DNA of 47,426 bases, taken from Gammaproteobacteria bacterium. Lineage in GTDB: Bacteria; Pseudomonadota; Gammaproteobacteria; JAADGQ01. The notes under the pieces are model-generated. The model was not told the DNA's origin. It made no database searches and was given only the letters and a program-made list of their open reading frames with translations. Position numbers and translations under genes: made by a program. The stretch's first letter is position 1; every line of letters starts with the position of its first letter. Location: positions 2,381-49,806 of the forward strand of contig JAADGQ010000103.1 in the NCBI GenBank assembly GCA_013152295.1, read 5' to 3'. This document shows positions 1-8,940 of the stretch, one piece after another.

Positions 1-442
1 CAAGCCAGCCATATTTAATGGGATAGGTCAGTTCATCAAGCACAACGAGGTCAATCGATGCATCCGCCAGCATCGTTTTCACGATGGCCCAACCGCGTTG
101 CGCGGTTTCGATATCGCGAGCGAGGTTTTGGGTCTCCCAGGTAAAGCCTTCGCCGAGCACGTGCCAGATGACGTTGGCTTGCTGGTTAAAAAAAGCCTCT
201 TCGCCGGTGTCTGAACAGCCTTTGATAAACTGCGCCACGCCAACGTGCATGCCGTGGCCCAAAGCACGAGCCACCATACCAAAGGCGGAGCTGGATTTGC
301 CTTTGCCGTTGCCGGTGAGCAGCAAAAACACGCCTTGCTCGCGATCCGCGCGGGCAATCGCATCGTCAACGACTGCTTTTTTGCGCTGCATACGGTCGCG
401 ATGGCGTTGTGCCTTGTCGGTTGTGTCTGCCTGTGTGCCCAA
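1..442 (-). CDS. cobO: Cob(I)yrinic acid a,c-diamide adenosyltransferase (CobO/BtuR), truncated at window edge
   Basis: Not in the ORF track. Manual minus-strand translation gives ...RHRDRMQRKKAVVDDAIARADREQGVFLLLTGNGKGKSSSAFGMVARALGHGMHVGVAQFIKG...GEGFTWETQN...DLVVLDELTY, with the TGNGKGKS P-loop, QFIKG and GFTW motifs. Probable TTG start at 442. Confidence 0.95.
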   Translation of the reverse strand, partial: MGTQADTTDKAQRHRDRMQRKKAVVDDAIARADREQGVFLLLTGNGKGKSSSAFGMVARALGHGMHVGVAQFIKGCSDTGEEAFFNQQANVIWHVLGEGFTWETQNLARDIETAQRGWAIVKTMLADASIDLVVLDELTYPIKYGWL

Positions 443-449
443 AGCAGAG

Positions 450-1028
450 TTACAGGGCTGCTTTTTGTTGATTGGTTGCCTTGTGTACGACAGTAAATGC
501 GCTGTGCACGATTGCCGCGACACCGACATAGAACGCTAGTGATTGCAGATAGGGTGGGAAATAGGTTAGCTCGCGCACTGTAAATTCGGCCCAGCTCAGC
601 TCGGCGAAACGCCCGGAAAAAAGATAAAAACCACCGCTGGAAAAGAGTTCACAGATCGCCGCGCCGACAACGGTGGCCAAAGTCAGAGGCATCAGCGTGG
701 ACCACTCAAAGCGATAGCGCTGAGCATACCAACAGCCTGCGAGCCAGAGCGCTGCGTAGGCGGGCAGCAAGAGAAGGTAAGCGGGAGAGAAGCAGAAATC
801 ACTCACCCCACCCCACTGGAAAGCGACAAAATCGAGTCCCCATGTCAGTGCGAGCAATCCGGGCAGCACCCAGGCCGGGCGCAGATAGATCCCGGCCAGT
901 AAAAAGACCGCCCAGGAGGCGCCCGGCAGGTTGTGCAGGGTCGATAGGTGATGGCCGCGCGTGACGATCAGTAGCAGGACCAATGCAGCGCCGATGGCGA
1001 CCTGGTTTCGGGTCGAGAGTGTCAACAT
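450..1028 (-). CDS. btuM: BtuM-type solitary S-component cobalamin transporter
   Basis: Multi-TM 192 aa protein with TRGHH, ASWAVF, GGVSDFCFSPAY (conserved Cys) and GGFYLFSGRF motifs. Lies between btuB and cobO. Confidence 0.85.
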   Translation of the reverse strand: MLTLSTRNQVAIGAALVLLLIVTRGHHLSTLHNLPGASWAVFLLAGIYLRPAWVLPGLLALTWGLDFVAFQWGGVSDFCFSPAYLLLLPAYAALWLAGCWYAQRYRFEWSTLMPLTLATVVGAAICELFSSGGFYLFSGRFAELSWAEFTVRELTYFPPYLQSLAFYVGVAAIVHSAFTVVHKATNQQKAAL

Positions 1029-1091
1029 GTTTTGTTTCCTCTATTTTTTGGTTTTGTCTATTCGCCTATTCTACTGAACCGAACAGCGGTT

Positions 1092-2975
1092 TTACGCTTG
1101 AGGTTGATAACGCAATGTTACAAAAAAGCTACGTCCGGGCTGATTGTAAAATGAGGCCGTTTCGTACTCTTTATCAAGCAGGTTTTCGATGCGTGCTTGC
1201 AGCTTCCACGCTTTTGTCAGACGGTATTGTGCACGAAAATCGATGGTACTGTAGCCGCTAATTTTGCGTGTGTTGGCCGAATCGTCGTAACGCTTGCCTT
1301 CTGCGAGTAGTGTCGCACCGATACCGTATTTGCCAAAATCGCGATCAGCATCGAAACGTAGCGACTGTTTCGTGCGTCGCGCCAGCGTGTTGCCTTTATT
1401 CGCCCCGCTTGAACGGTCCTTCGGGTCAAGCAGTGTCAGGTTGGCGCTGAGATTCCACGCGCTGATCTGTGTCGTTAACGTGGTCTCGATACCGCGCATG
1501 CGTGCCTCACCAACATTGACGGGGGCAAACGTAGCGGCATCAAAGGCGATCAGCTTCTTAACGCGCGTTTCGTAGAGGTTAACCGACCAACTGGCCCAAT
1601 CCATGTGGCCTCTCAAGCCCAACTCAGCGCTGCGTGATGTTTCGGGCTCCAGATCGGGGTTGCCAAACCCAGGCCAATACAGCTCATTAAACGTGGGCGC
1701 TTTGAAGGCGGTGCCATAAGCGGCGGTAACACGCAGATTTTTAGCAAATGCCCAGCCCCAGGCAGCGCCGCCTGTCGTGCGTTTACCAAACTGCTCGTTG
1801 TCATCACTGCGCAGGCTGACCTCGATGTCGTGGGCTGCAAACGACCCTTGGTACTGGGTAAACAGCCCCCGGTTATCACGATCGGTCACAACATAAGCGG
1901 TGGCGCTATCAACGCGGTCATCTTGGTAATCAGCACCGATGGTCACCAAGTGATTGTCAGTGATGAAATGATCACTCTGCAACGAAAGAGTGTCGCGCTG
2001 GGTGTTGATGCGACCGATTAAAATACCGTCCTTTAGCGTGTCAGACTCATCCAGACTGCGCCCTCCACTGAGCGTCAGCTGCCAGATGTCCGCCAGTGAG
2101 TAGCGAATTGTTGCGCCAAGCACATCTTGCAGCGATTCGGATTCGTTGCCCGAGAAAGCGCTGCCATCGAACTCGGTTTCGCTGGAAGTGCGTAGCGCAT
2201 GGGCATCCACTTCAAGGCCGAACTGAGTTCGGTAACCAGCGCGTAGCGACCGCGATTGCGTACGGTTGCCATCTTTATCCGGTTCGATTGTAAAACAGCC
2301 CGCGCCGCCTGGAAACGGCTTGCCGTCGCATGCATTAAAACCATCGGTAGACGCACCGCTGGCGCTGGCACTAAACCAGCCGTTTTCACCACGTTCTGAG
2401 ACGCCGATAGAGGCCTCAGCGCTGCCATAGCTACCACCACCGATGGTGAAGAAGGGTTTCGATGCGGCACTGCCTTTACGGGTAAATATCTGGATGACAC
2501 CACCTACCGCCTCAGAGCCATACAGGCTGGAGCGCGGACCACGCACGATCTCAATGCGCTCGATCAGCTCAACGGGCATGTCTTGAAATGCCGCTGTACC
2601 AGCTGTGGCGGAGCCCACCTTGACACCGTCGATCAGCACCAATACGTGATCAGATTCAGTGCCACGCAGAAACAGGGATGTGACTTTACCGGCACCGCCA
2701 TTGTTGCTGATGCTAACGCCGGGTACACCGCGCAAAATATCCTGCACGGATCGCGCTTGCTGGCGTTCAATATCATCGCGATTGATAACGGTCACCGCTG
2801 CAAGGGTTTCATCGGAGGTCTGCGCAGTTCGTGCTGCGGTGACGATAACAGGGTCAAGCTTGGTTGCTGCCAGTACCGCTTGAGAGGTTAATAGCGGAGC
2901 ACTTAACAGCACACCCAGCAGAGGTGTGAAGCGTGTAAGAGATGCAGGTAAAAGAGTTGTGTAACGTTTTTTCAT
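1092..2975 (-). CDS. btuB: TonB-dependent vitamin B12 receptor
   Basis: TonB box (LDPVIVTAAR), plug motifs (LRGTESDHVLVLIDG, IERIEIVRGPRSSLYGSEAVGGVIQI) and C-terminal NLLDKEYE...PGR. Start moved to ATG 2975 (SD AGGAAG, then a signal peptide). Downstream of a B12 riboswitch. Confidence 0.95.
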   Translation of the reverse strand: MKKRYTTLLPASLTRFTPLLGVLLSAPLLTSQAVLAATKLDPVIVTAARTAQTSDETLAAVTVINRDDIERQQARSVQDILRGVPGVSISNNGGAGKVTSLFLRGTESDHVLVLIDGVKVGSATAGTAAFQDMPVELIERIEIVRGPRSSLYGSEAVGGVIQIFTRKGSAASKPFFTIGGGSYGSAEASIGVSERGENGWFSASASGASTDGFNACDGKPFPGGAGCFTIEPDKDGNRTQSRSLRAGYRTQFGLEVDAHALRTSSETEFDGSAFSGNESESLQDVLGATIRYSLADIWQLTLSGGRSLDESDTLKDGILIGRINTQRDTLSLQSDHFITDNHLVTIGADYQDDRVDSATAYVVTDRDNRGLFTQYQGSFAAHDIEVSLRSDDNEQFGKRTTGGAAWGWAFAKNLRVTAAYGTAFKAPTFNELYWPGFGNPDLEPETSRSAELGLRGHMDWASWSVNLYETRVKKLIAFDAATFAPVNVGEARMRGIETTLTTQISAWNLSANLTLLDPKDRSSGANKGNTLARRTKQSLRFDADRDFGKYGIGATLLAEGKRYDDSANTRKISGYSTIDFRAQYRLTKAWKLQARIENLLDKEYETASFYNQPGRSFFVTLRYQPQA

Positions 2976-3114
2976 TCTTAACTTCCTATCCACGCACTCG
3001 CCCGTACGTGAGTTGATGGCATGACGACGCATGCGGAGGAGAGTTAAGAACCGAACGGAAACAGGGAGACAACCTGCAAGCCGCAACATTGCCCTCCGCA
3101 ACGCCAACTAATTA

Positions 3115-3315
3115 TTTCAGGCCGGTCTCCGGGCTCGCGAAGGGTATCTCTACCGGGGGGGATCGCCTTCCCACGTAAAAAACGCAGTGGCTGTGTGATC
3201 CGCCTTCATTCGCTTACCGTTGCGGGGGCAGCGCCGGGATTGTGCTGTGGTTAACAGTACGCACCGGCTTCCCGTTTAATCCCTTGGGTGGATACCCTCA
3301 GGACACCTAAAACAA
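3115..3315 (-). ncRNA. Cobalamin (AdoCbl-class) riboswitch
   Basis: Minus strand reads AGGTG...AAACGGGAAGCCGGTG...CCCGGCGCTGCCCCCGCAACGGTAA...GCCACTG...GGGAAGGCG...GAGCCCGGAGACCGGCCTG, which are the canonical B12-element blocks, directly upstream of btuB. Confidence 0.95.
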
Positions 3316-3545
3316 GTTGCGCAAGGTAATGCGGCGCGGACTGGATGTCAAGCGATGTGCTGAAGTGCGGTGGAGGGAATCAGTCGCACCAGTGGACAAT
3401 CGTTGGATGAGTGAAAGTGCGCTCTGCGGCTATTAATCAGCGCTTAATTAGAGGGCACAGAAGTGGGACATTATTGCCGGAGACAAGCCGACAGAGAGAT
3501 CAAACAGCTATCGGCCAGGGTGTGACCGACGACACAGTATCAGAA

Positions 3546-3896
3546 TCAGAGGCTGGCGCTCATCGCCTCGACGTGCTGTGCGGTCACAGCCAAAGAGGGT
3601 GTGTGAAGCTCCGCCGCCTGATGATAAAGATCGACTTGCTGGCCATTAAACATCACGCCAACACCTTCGGTGCTGGAGTAGACAACCATCGCCTGAATCT
3701 GGTGTGTGTCACCGTGCAGGGAGAGTGACAAATCCACCAAAGTATAGGGTGGAATCGTCACACCAGGGGTCGATAAAAACATTCCATCTCCAGAGAGATT
3801 ACGTGCCGTTGCCTCAAAAGCACGATGTCCGCGACAGGTAATATAGACCGGCAGGCATGTTGAAAGTCGTTTGCTATGGCGATGCTCTATGCTCAT
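3546..3896 (-). CDS. Stand-alone PilZ domain c-di-GMP receptor
   Basis: EHRHSKR (RxxxR) and NLSGDG (D/NxSxxG) motifs. ATG 3896 follows a GGAGGAG SD. Confidence 0.85.
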   Translation of the reverse strand: MSIEHRHSKRLSTCLPVYITCRGHRAFEATARNLSGDGMFLSTPGVTIPPYTLVDLSLSLHGDTHQIQAMVVYSSTEGVGVMFNGQQVDLYHQAAELHTPSLAVTAQHVEAMSASL

Positions 3897-3968
3897 TCCA
3901 TTCTCCTCCATTGTCTGATTGACACAACCAATACTACGCTCCGTTTGTGTCAATGTCGTGTTGTTTAG

Positions 3969-3984
3969 ATGACAATCTTGTCAT
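3969..3984. promoter_or_regulatory. Palindromic operator ATGACAA-TC-TTGTCAT (resembles a CusR-type box)
   Basis: Perfect 7-bp inverted repeat in the divergent pilZ/hdc intergenic region. Confidence 0.45.
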
Positions 3985-4083
3985 GTGATTTAGGCAGTTA
4001 TTGATATGCGTTTTGTCGCCGATAAACTCTTTGAACTCAGTTGTTTTTAGTCACGCCTTTGGGTCATTTTTGGTCACAGCAAA

Positions 4084-5241
4084 ATGAAGCAACTACCGAA
4101 AGAAGACAGCAAAAAGCTCGACAAGTTGATGAATCACCTGCAGGAGGCTGCAGAAACTTTTCTCGGTTATCCCTGTAATCGTACATTCGACTATTCAGCG
4201 CTCTATCCGTTCCTCGGTTTGCCCATCAATAACGTGGGCGACCCCTTTATGCCCAGCGTTTTCGGCCTGAACACCCACGCACTTGAGCGCGAAGTGCTCG
4301 ACATTTTTAAAAGCTATACCCATGCGCCCAGTGACTCCTTTTGGGGCTACATCACCAACGGCGGTACCGAAGGCAATATGTATGGCATTTTTCTGGCTCG
4401 GGAGTTACACCCCGACGGGATGGTCTACTACTCTGAAGACACGCACTACAGCGTCAACAAAATCATGCGCGTGCTACATGCACGCAATATCATGATCAAA
4501 AGTCAGAGTAACGGCGAGATGGATTACGATGATCTGTACGAAACCGTGCGTATCCATCGCGACGTTCCGCCTATTATCTTTGCGAACATCGGCACGACAA
4601 TGAAGGGCGCAGTCGACAATTTAGATAAAATTCGTGGAATCATGAAGAGGTTAGCAATCCCGCGTTACTACATTCATGCCGACGCTGCACTAAGCGGCAT
4701 GATATTGCCATTTGTGGATCACCCTCAGCCGTGTGATTTCAGGGCTGGAATCGACAGCATCTCTATCAGCGGCCATAAAATGATTGGATCGCCCATTCCT
4801 TGCGGGGTCGTGCTTGCAAAAAAAGGTAATGTGGAGCGTATTGCCCGCTCTGTAGAGTATATCGGTACGTTTGATACCACCTTAACCGGGTCGCGCAACG
4901 CGGTGACCCCTCTCTTTTTGTGGTATGCGTTTAAATCCACTGGCCGTGAAGGCTTCCGAAACATCATTGCCGAATGCATCGAAAACGCTGACTATGCCAT
5001 CGACAAAATGTCTCATTTTGGCATCGATGCGTGGCGTAATTACAACTCTATTACAGTCGTTTTCCCCCGACCCGGTGCAGCGTTAGTCAGCAAATGGCAG
5101 TTAGCGGTTCAGCAAAAAATCGCTCATATCATCACCATGCCCCACGTCACACGAAAACAGATCGACAGATTCGTCGCAGAGTTAGCGGCAGACTTGATCG
5201 ACACGGATCATGCGGACCATAAAAAGAGCAACAGACAATGA
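4084..5241 (+). CDS. hdcA: PLP-dependent group II amino acid decarboxylase, histidine decarboxylase-like
   Basis: INNVGDP, WGYITNGGTEGN, HYSV, GTTMKGAVD, HADAAL, PLP-lysine motif SGHKMIGSPIPCG and GSRN. Confidence 0.85.
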   Translation: MKQLPKEDSKKLDKLMNHLQEAAETFLGYPCNRTFDYSALYPFLGLPINNVGDPFMPSVFGLNTHALEREVLDIFKSYTHAPSDSFWGYITNGGTEGNMYGIFLARELHPDGMVYYSEDTHYSVNKIMRVLHARNIMIKSQSNGEMDYDDLYETVRIHRDVPPIIFANIGTTMKGAVDNLDKIRGIMKRLAIPRYYIHADAALSGMILPFVDHPQPCDFRAGIDSISISGHKMIGSPIPCGVVLAKKGNVERIARSVEYIGTFDTTLTGSRNAVTPLFLWYAFKSTGREGFRNIIAECIENADYAIDKMSHFGIDAWRNYNSITVVFPRPGAALVSKWQLAVQQKIAHIITMPHVTRKQIDRFVAELAADLIDTDHADHKKSNRQ

Positions 5242-5633
5242 AACAGATCACCATTATCGGTGAAGATCGCAGCGGCATGATGGCGGAGATATCCAGCGCC
5301 CTGGCCGAGGGTGGCATTAACATTGAGACGCTGGATGCTGAAACGATCCAGGAGTGGACCGTCATGATTCTCACTGTGGATCGCTACGATGACGCCATAA
5401 GAGTGCTGCAACAAAACCCGGATCTACGCATCATCACCGACGATGCCATTTTATTGCGCCTCGAAGACCGTCCCGGTGCGCTGGCAAAGATAGCCAAGCG
5501 TTTTAAAGATGCCAATATCAATATGCGCAGCGTGCGCATTATCCGCCGTGACGGGCAGGATGCCCTGGTTGCCATCTCGACTGAGCGCAGCAGCGCAGCG
5601 CTGGAACTGGTTAAAGACAGCCTTGTCTCCTGA
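5238..5633 (+). CDS. Tandem ACT-domain protein
   Basis: Two ACT repeats (EDRSGMMAEIS..LAEGGINI; EDRPGALAKIAKRFKDANINM). ATGA overlap with the decarboxylase stop codon. Confidence 0.85.
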   Translation: MKQITIIGEDRSGMMAEISSALAEGGINIETLDAETIQEWTVMILTVDRYDDAIRVLQQNPDLRIITDDAILLRLEDRPGALAKIAKRFKDANINMRSVRIIRRDGQDALVAISTERSSAALELVKDSLVS

Positions 5634-5704
5634 CGATGCGGCTTGCAAGTATTAATCGTTGTGTCAATTATTCGCAGTCAAATTTGAAGGCAAAAAACAT
5701 CGCC

Positions 5705-5787
5705 GTAGGCCTGATCAAGCCTTGGCGGATCAGGCGTTGATACTCAGGAAAGCCCTGCCCGTTCCGCCAAAGCTTGAACGGGCCTAC
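5705..5787. repeat. Inverted doublet of GTAG-type REP palindromes (REPIN/BIME-like)
   Basis: 5705-5735 reads GTAG-GCCTGATC-aagccttggcg-GATCAGGC. 5757-5787 on the minus strand reads GTAG-GCCCGTTC-aagctttggcg-GAACGGGC. Lies between convergent genes. Confidence 0.8.
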
Positions 5788-5810
5788 GGGTGACCTGGAG
5801 GGCAGCAGAG

Positions 5811-7637
5811 TCAGGGGTGCAGCAGCGGGGTTAACGAATAGCGGTGTTCATTGAGTATGAGGTCGAGCTGCTGCAGGTCGTTGCGTGCCGACTGGCTGTA
5901 GGGGTGTTCAGCACCGAAGTAATCAGCAAAGATACGCAGCGCATCTGTTAACAGGTTATGCGCCTCGGTATATTTTTTCTGCATGCTGAGCAGAGTGGCC
6001 AAATTGCCAAGATCTGCGGCAGTTGCAGGGTGGTTGGCGCCAAACAGACGCGTATTGATCGCCAGCGATTCACGGTATGCAGCCTCAGCATCGCCATACC
6101 TGTTTTGATCCTCAAAAACGACAGCCAGATTGCTCAGGTTAGCGGCAACATTCTGATGATTTTCGCCATAGACCTGTTTGTCTATTGCCAATGCCTGTTG
6201 ATAGAGTCGCTCGGCCTCCGGGTAGCGAGTCTGCTCACGCAGTGCTGCACCAAGGTTGGCCAGATCGACCGCAACAGCTGGGTGCATCTCTCCATAGAGA
6301 CGGCGGTCAATCGCCAGGGCACGGCGATAGAGCTGCTCTGCCTCTTCGTAGCGTTGCTGATACTGTACGACGACAGCCAGATTGCCGGTGTCCGTAGCAA
6401 CAACTGCTTGCAGCTCATCGCGCGCTTCATTGATCGACAGCGCCTGCCTGTATAGTTTCTCCGCCTCAGCATAACGCCCCTGGTACTGTTGAACCTGGGC
6501 CAAATCGCTAAGTGCGCCGGCAACGGCGGCATTGTCATCACCATACGCCGCACGGCTCAGCTGCAATGACTCCTGATACAACGCTTCAGCATCAACGTAG
6601 CGACCCTGCTCCTGAATCGCTTTAGCCAAATCACGCAGATTGACCAAGACATAGGGGTGGCTGGCTTTAAAAGTGCTGCGCGCCACCGCCAGCGATTTTA
6701 TCAATACTGCCTCGGCTTCTGCGTACTGCCCCTGCTCCACCAAAGCTGTCGCCAGATTATTGAGGCCCAACAGCAAGGTGCGATGTTTAGGGCCGTAGAG
6801 CTGTTCCAACAGCTCCAGCGACTGCCGGTATAGCGACTCGGCCTCCTCGGGTTTACCCTGATACTGCACTGCCCCAGCTAGATTATGCAGTGCTGCGGCC
6901 TTATCATTTTTGTTTTGCGCAACATCGAGTGCTGACCTCAGCCTCGACTCGGCTTCCCAATATTGCCCGGCATCGTGCAGACTACGCCCCAAACGGTTGA
7001 GTACAGCGAACTGCTGTGGTGCAACCTCAAAGGCTTGGCGACTGCGCTGCAACGCCAGCTCATATAGTCCTACTTCATCGAGTATCTCGGCACTACTCAG
7101 CAACAGCAGGGTAATCTGTTCACTCTGCCACTGCTTCGAATCGGCGCGCCAACCCTCATAAACTGCCTCAACGCTCTTATCCAACCAGAAGATGCGCTTC
7201 TCTTCATCAACGCTGATGGATGCTAGGCGCTCCCCTTGGCGAATAGTGAATTCACCTGCGGCCACCCTGTCTGCCAACAGTTGGCGCAACACCTTCATCT
7301 CATCGAGCAACCAATGAGCATCATTCATCAGCGCGCCACCATCCAGATCGATTGCCTGCAATGCGGCCAAATGATAGGCAGCACCACCAATACGATGAGA
7401 GTATAAGTCCTGCCTAATGGAGGCATCTGCCTCGGTATAAATGACCCGAGCCGAGTCGTTCAATGAACCGTCAGGAAAAGAAGAGGAGGAGTACGAAGCG
7501 AAAGGTGCTGCATGATCACTGATTGGATCCAGCACAATGGCGCTGTCGTGGGCAATAAGAGACCCCTGTCCCACGATTGAAAATGCGGACGGTGATAAAA
7601 CCACCAGCCCCAGACCGAAAATAAATCTCTTTTTCAC
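5811..7637 (-). CDS. Exported tetratricopeptide-repeat protein (about 8 kinesin-light-chain-type ~42-aa repeats)
   Basis: Repeats such as AVDLANLGAALREQTRYPEAERLYQQALAIDKQVYGENHQN. GTG start at 7637 after a GGGAGAG SD gives the signal peptide MKKRFIFGLGLVVLSPSAFS. Confidence 0.85.
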   Translation of the reverse strand: MKKRFIFGLGLVVLSPSAFSIVGQGSLIAHDSAIVLDPISDHAAPFASYSSSSFPDGSLNDSARVIYTEADASIRQDLYSHRIGGAAYHLAALQAIDLDGGALMNDAHWLLDEMKVLRQLLADRVAAGEFTIRQGERLASISVDEEKRIFWLDKSVEAVYEGWRADSKQWQSEQITLLLLSSAEILDEVGLYELALQRSRQAFEVAPQQFAVLNRLGRSLHDAGQYWEAESRLRSALDVAQNKNDKAAALHNLAGAVQYQGKPEEAESLYRQSLELLEQLYGPKHRTLLLGLNNLATALVEQGQYAEAEAVLIKSLAVARSTFKASHPYVLVNLRDLAKAIQEQGRYVDAEALYQESLQLSRAAYGDDNAAVAGALSDLAQVQQYQGRYAEAEKLYRQALSINEARDELQAVVATDTGNLAVVVQYQQRYEEAEQLYRRALAIDRRLYGEMHPAVAVDLANLGAALREQTRYPEAERLYQQALAIDKQVYGENHQNVAANLSNLAVVFEDQNRYGDAEAAYRESLAINTRLFGANHPATAADLGNLATLLSMQKKYTEAHNLLTDALRIFADYFGAEHPYSQSARNDLQQLDLILNEHRYSLTPLLHP

Positions 7638-8052
7638 CGAATCTCTCCCAAATAAATAACCCGAAATGGCTAACAGCCATGCTGGGAATAACATCCAAAT
7701 TGTGATTCAGCTAGCTCTAGCTAATAGAAGGGTCGTAAAGAGCACTCAAGTGCTGGACAACCCAGGTTGTAAATAGATAGGGGATTCGCTTGCGCGGACC
7801 AAGATATCCTGCAATCGATCTTTGTCGCTCAGTGCAGGTAACGAAAAAAGGCTAACCAGAGGATGAGCTCCGCCGAACTCAGTTGACGGCAGGCAACCCC
7901 AGCCATTTACCGCTCACATATCAGCTGCGGTACCCATTCTAGCGGACAAAAAGAGAAACACCAAAAAACGCTGTTTAGGATGCGGGGTAAGTGCTGTACA
8001 GATCGGTCACTCGCTAAGCACAAGTGGTCTACACATCTATATAAGGAAACGC

Positions 8053-8940
8053 TTAATCGCGATAACGCTTATTGAGGTCGCCATAGGCATCAATGCGCCG
8101 ATCTCGCAAAAAAGGCCAAGTACGCCGCACCTGCTCCGTGCGCTGCAGTTCGAGCTCGTGAACTAATACTGTCGGAGTGCTCGCTGCCATGGCCAGAACC
8201 TCGCCTTGTGCTCCAGCAATAAAACTGTTCCCCCAAAACTGAATACCTGGCCCTTGCTGCGTGTCATCCGCTTCAAAGCCGCTGCGATTGCACGCGACAA
8301 CAGGGATGGCGTTGGCTATCGCATGACTCCTTTGAATCGTCACCCATGCATCCAGTTGTCGCTTCTGTTCTGCGTCTGTGTCGTTGCAATCCCAACCAAT
8401 AGCGGTGGGATAGAGCAGCAGTTCAGCACCGGCTAGAGCCATCAAACGAGCCGCCTCGGGGAACCACTGATCCCAACAGACCAACACGCCAAGGCGGCCC
8501 AGAGTTGTATCGATCGGCGTAAATCCACTGTCGCCGGGTGCAAAATAGAACTTCTCATAAAACCCTGGATCATCCGGGATGTGCATCTTTCGGTAAGTGC
8601 CGGCGATGGAGCCATCAACATCCAGCACCACGGCAGTGTTGTGATAAAGCCCTGCTGCACGTTTCTCAAATAGTGAGGCAACAATGACGACTTGCAGCTC
8701 AGCAGCCAGCAGGCTCAACAGATCTGTGCTGGGACCTGGAATGGGTTCGCTCAGATCAAAATGACGGCACGCTTCGCTTTGGCAGAAATAGCGGGTTGCA
8801 TACAGCTCTTGCAGCAGGATTAGACGTGCACCCCGCCCGGCAGCCTCACGAATACCCGCTATGGTCGCAGCACGATTGTGATCTCGATTCTCGTCACAAT
8901 CATGCTGCACCACAGCAATCGATAAAGATTGGTTTTTCAT
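8053..8940 (-). CDS. aguB: N-carbamoylputrescine amidase (carbon-nitrogen hydrolase)
   Basis: LQELY..YFCQ, YRKMHIPDDPGFYEKFYF, CWDQWFPEAAR, YPTAIGW and WPFLRDRR; the Glu-Lys-Cys triad is present. Confidence 0.88.
   Translation of the reverse strand: MKNQSLSIAVVQHDCDENRDHNRAATIAGIREAAGRGARLILLQELYATRYFCQSEACRHFDLSEPIPGPSTDLLSLLAAELQVVIVASLFEKRAAGLYHNTAVVLDVDGSIAGTYRKMHIPDDPGFYEKFYFAPGDSGFTPIDTTLGRLGVLVCWDQWFPEAARLMALAGAELLLYPTAIGWDCNDTDAEQKRQLDAWVTIQRSHAIANAIPVVACNRSGFEADDTQQGPGIQFWGNSFIAGAQGEVLAMAASTPTVLVHELELQRTEQVRRTWPFLRDRRIDAYGDLNKRYRD

Noticed and set aside
79-539. Track ORFs 79..369, 84..539 and 245..496
   Set aside because: These are shadows of cobO, which lies in a minus-strand frame that runs off the window.
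2976-3107. 44-codon N-terminal extension of the btuB ORF in the track
   Set aside because: It overlaps the riboswitch expression platform. The SD and signal peptide support ATG 2975.
4084-5241. Role of the decarboxylase in cobamide linker synthesis because of proximity to B12 genes
   Set aside because: CobD-type threonine/serine-phosphate decarboxylases belong to the aminotransferase class I/II family, not group II decarboxylases. The gene is also divergent from the riboswitch operon and outside it.
5705-5787. CRISPR-like palindromic repeats here and at 42926-43150
   Set aside because: Each has only two copies, in inverted orientation, with GTAG ends and no cas genes. This is REP architecture.
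7700-8050. Possible c-di-GMP-I riboswitch upstream of the TPR gene (minus strand GGCTGGGGTTGCC)
   Set aside because: The 5' GGCAAA..GAAA..GACGCAAAGC half of the motif is missing.
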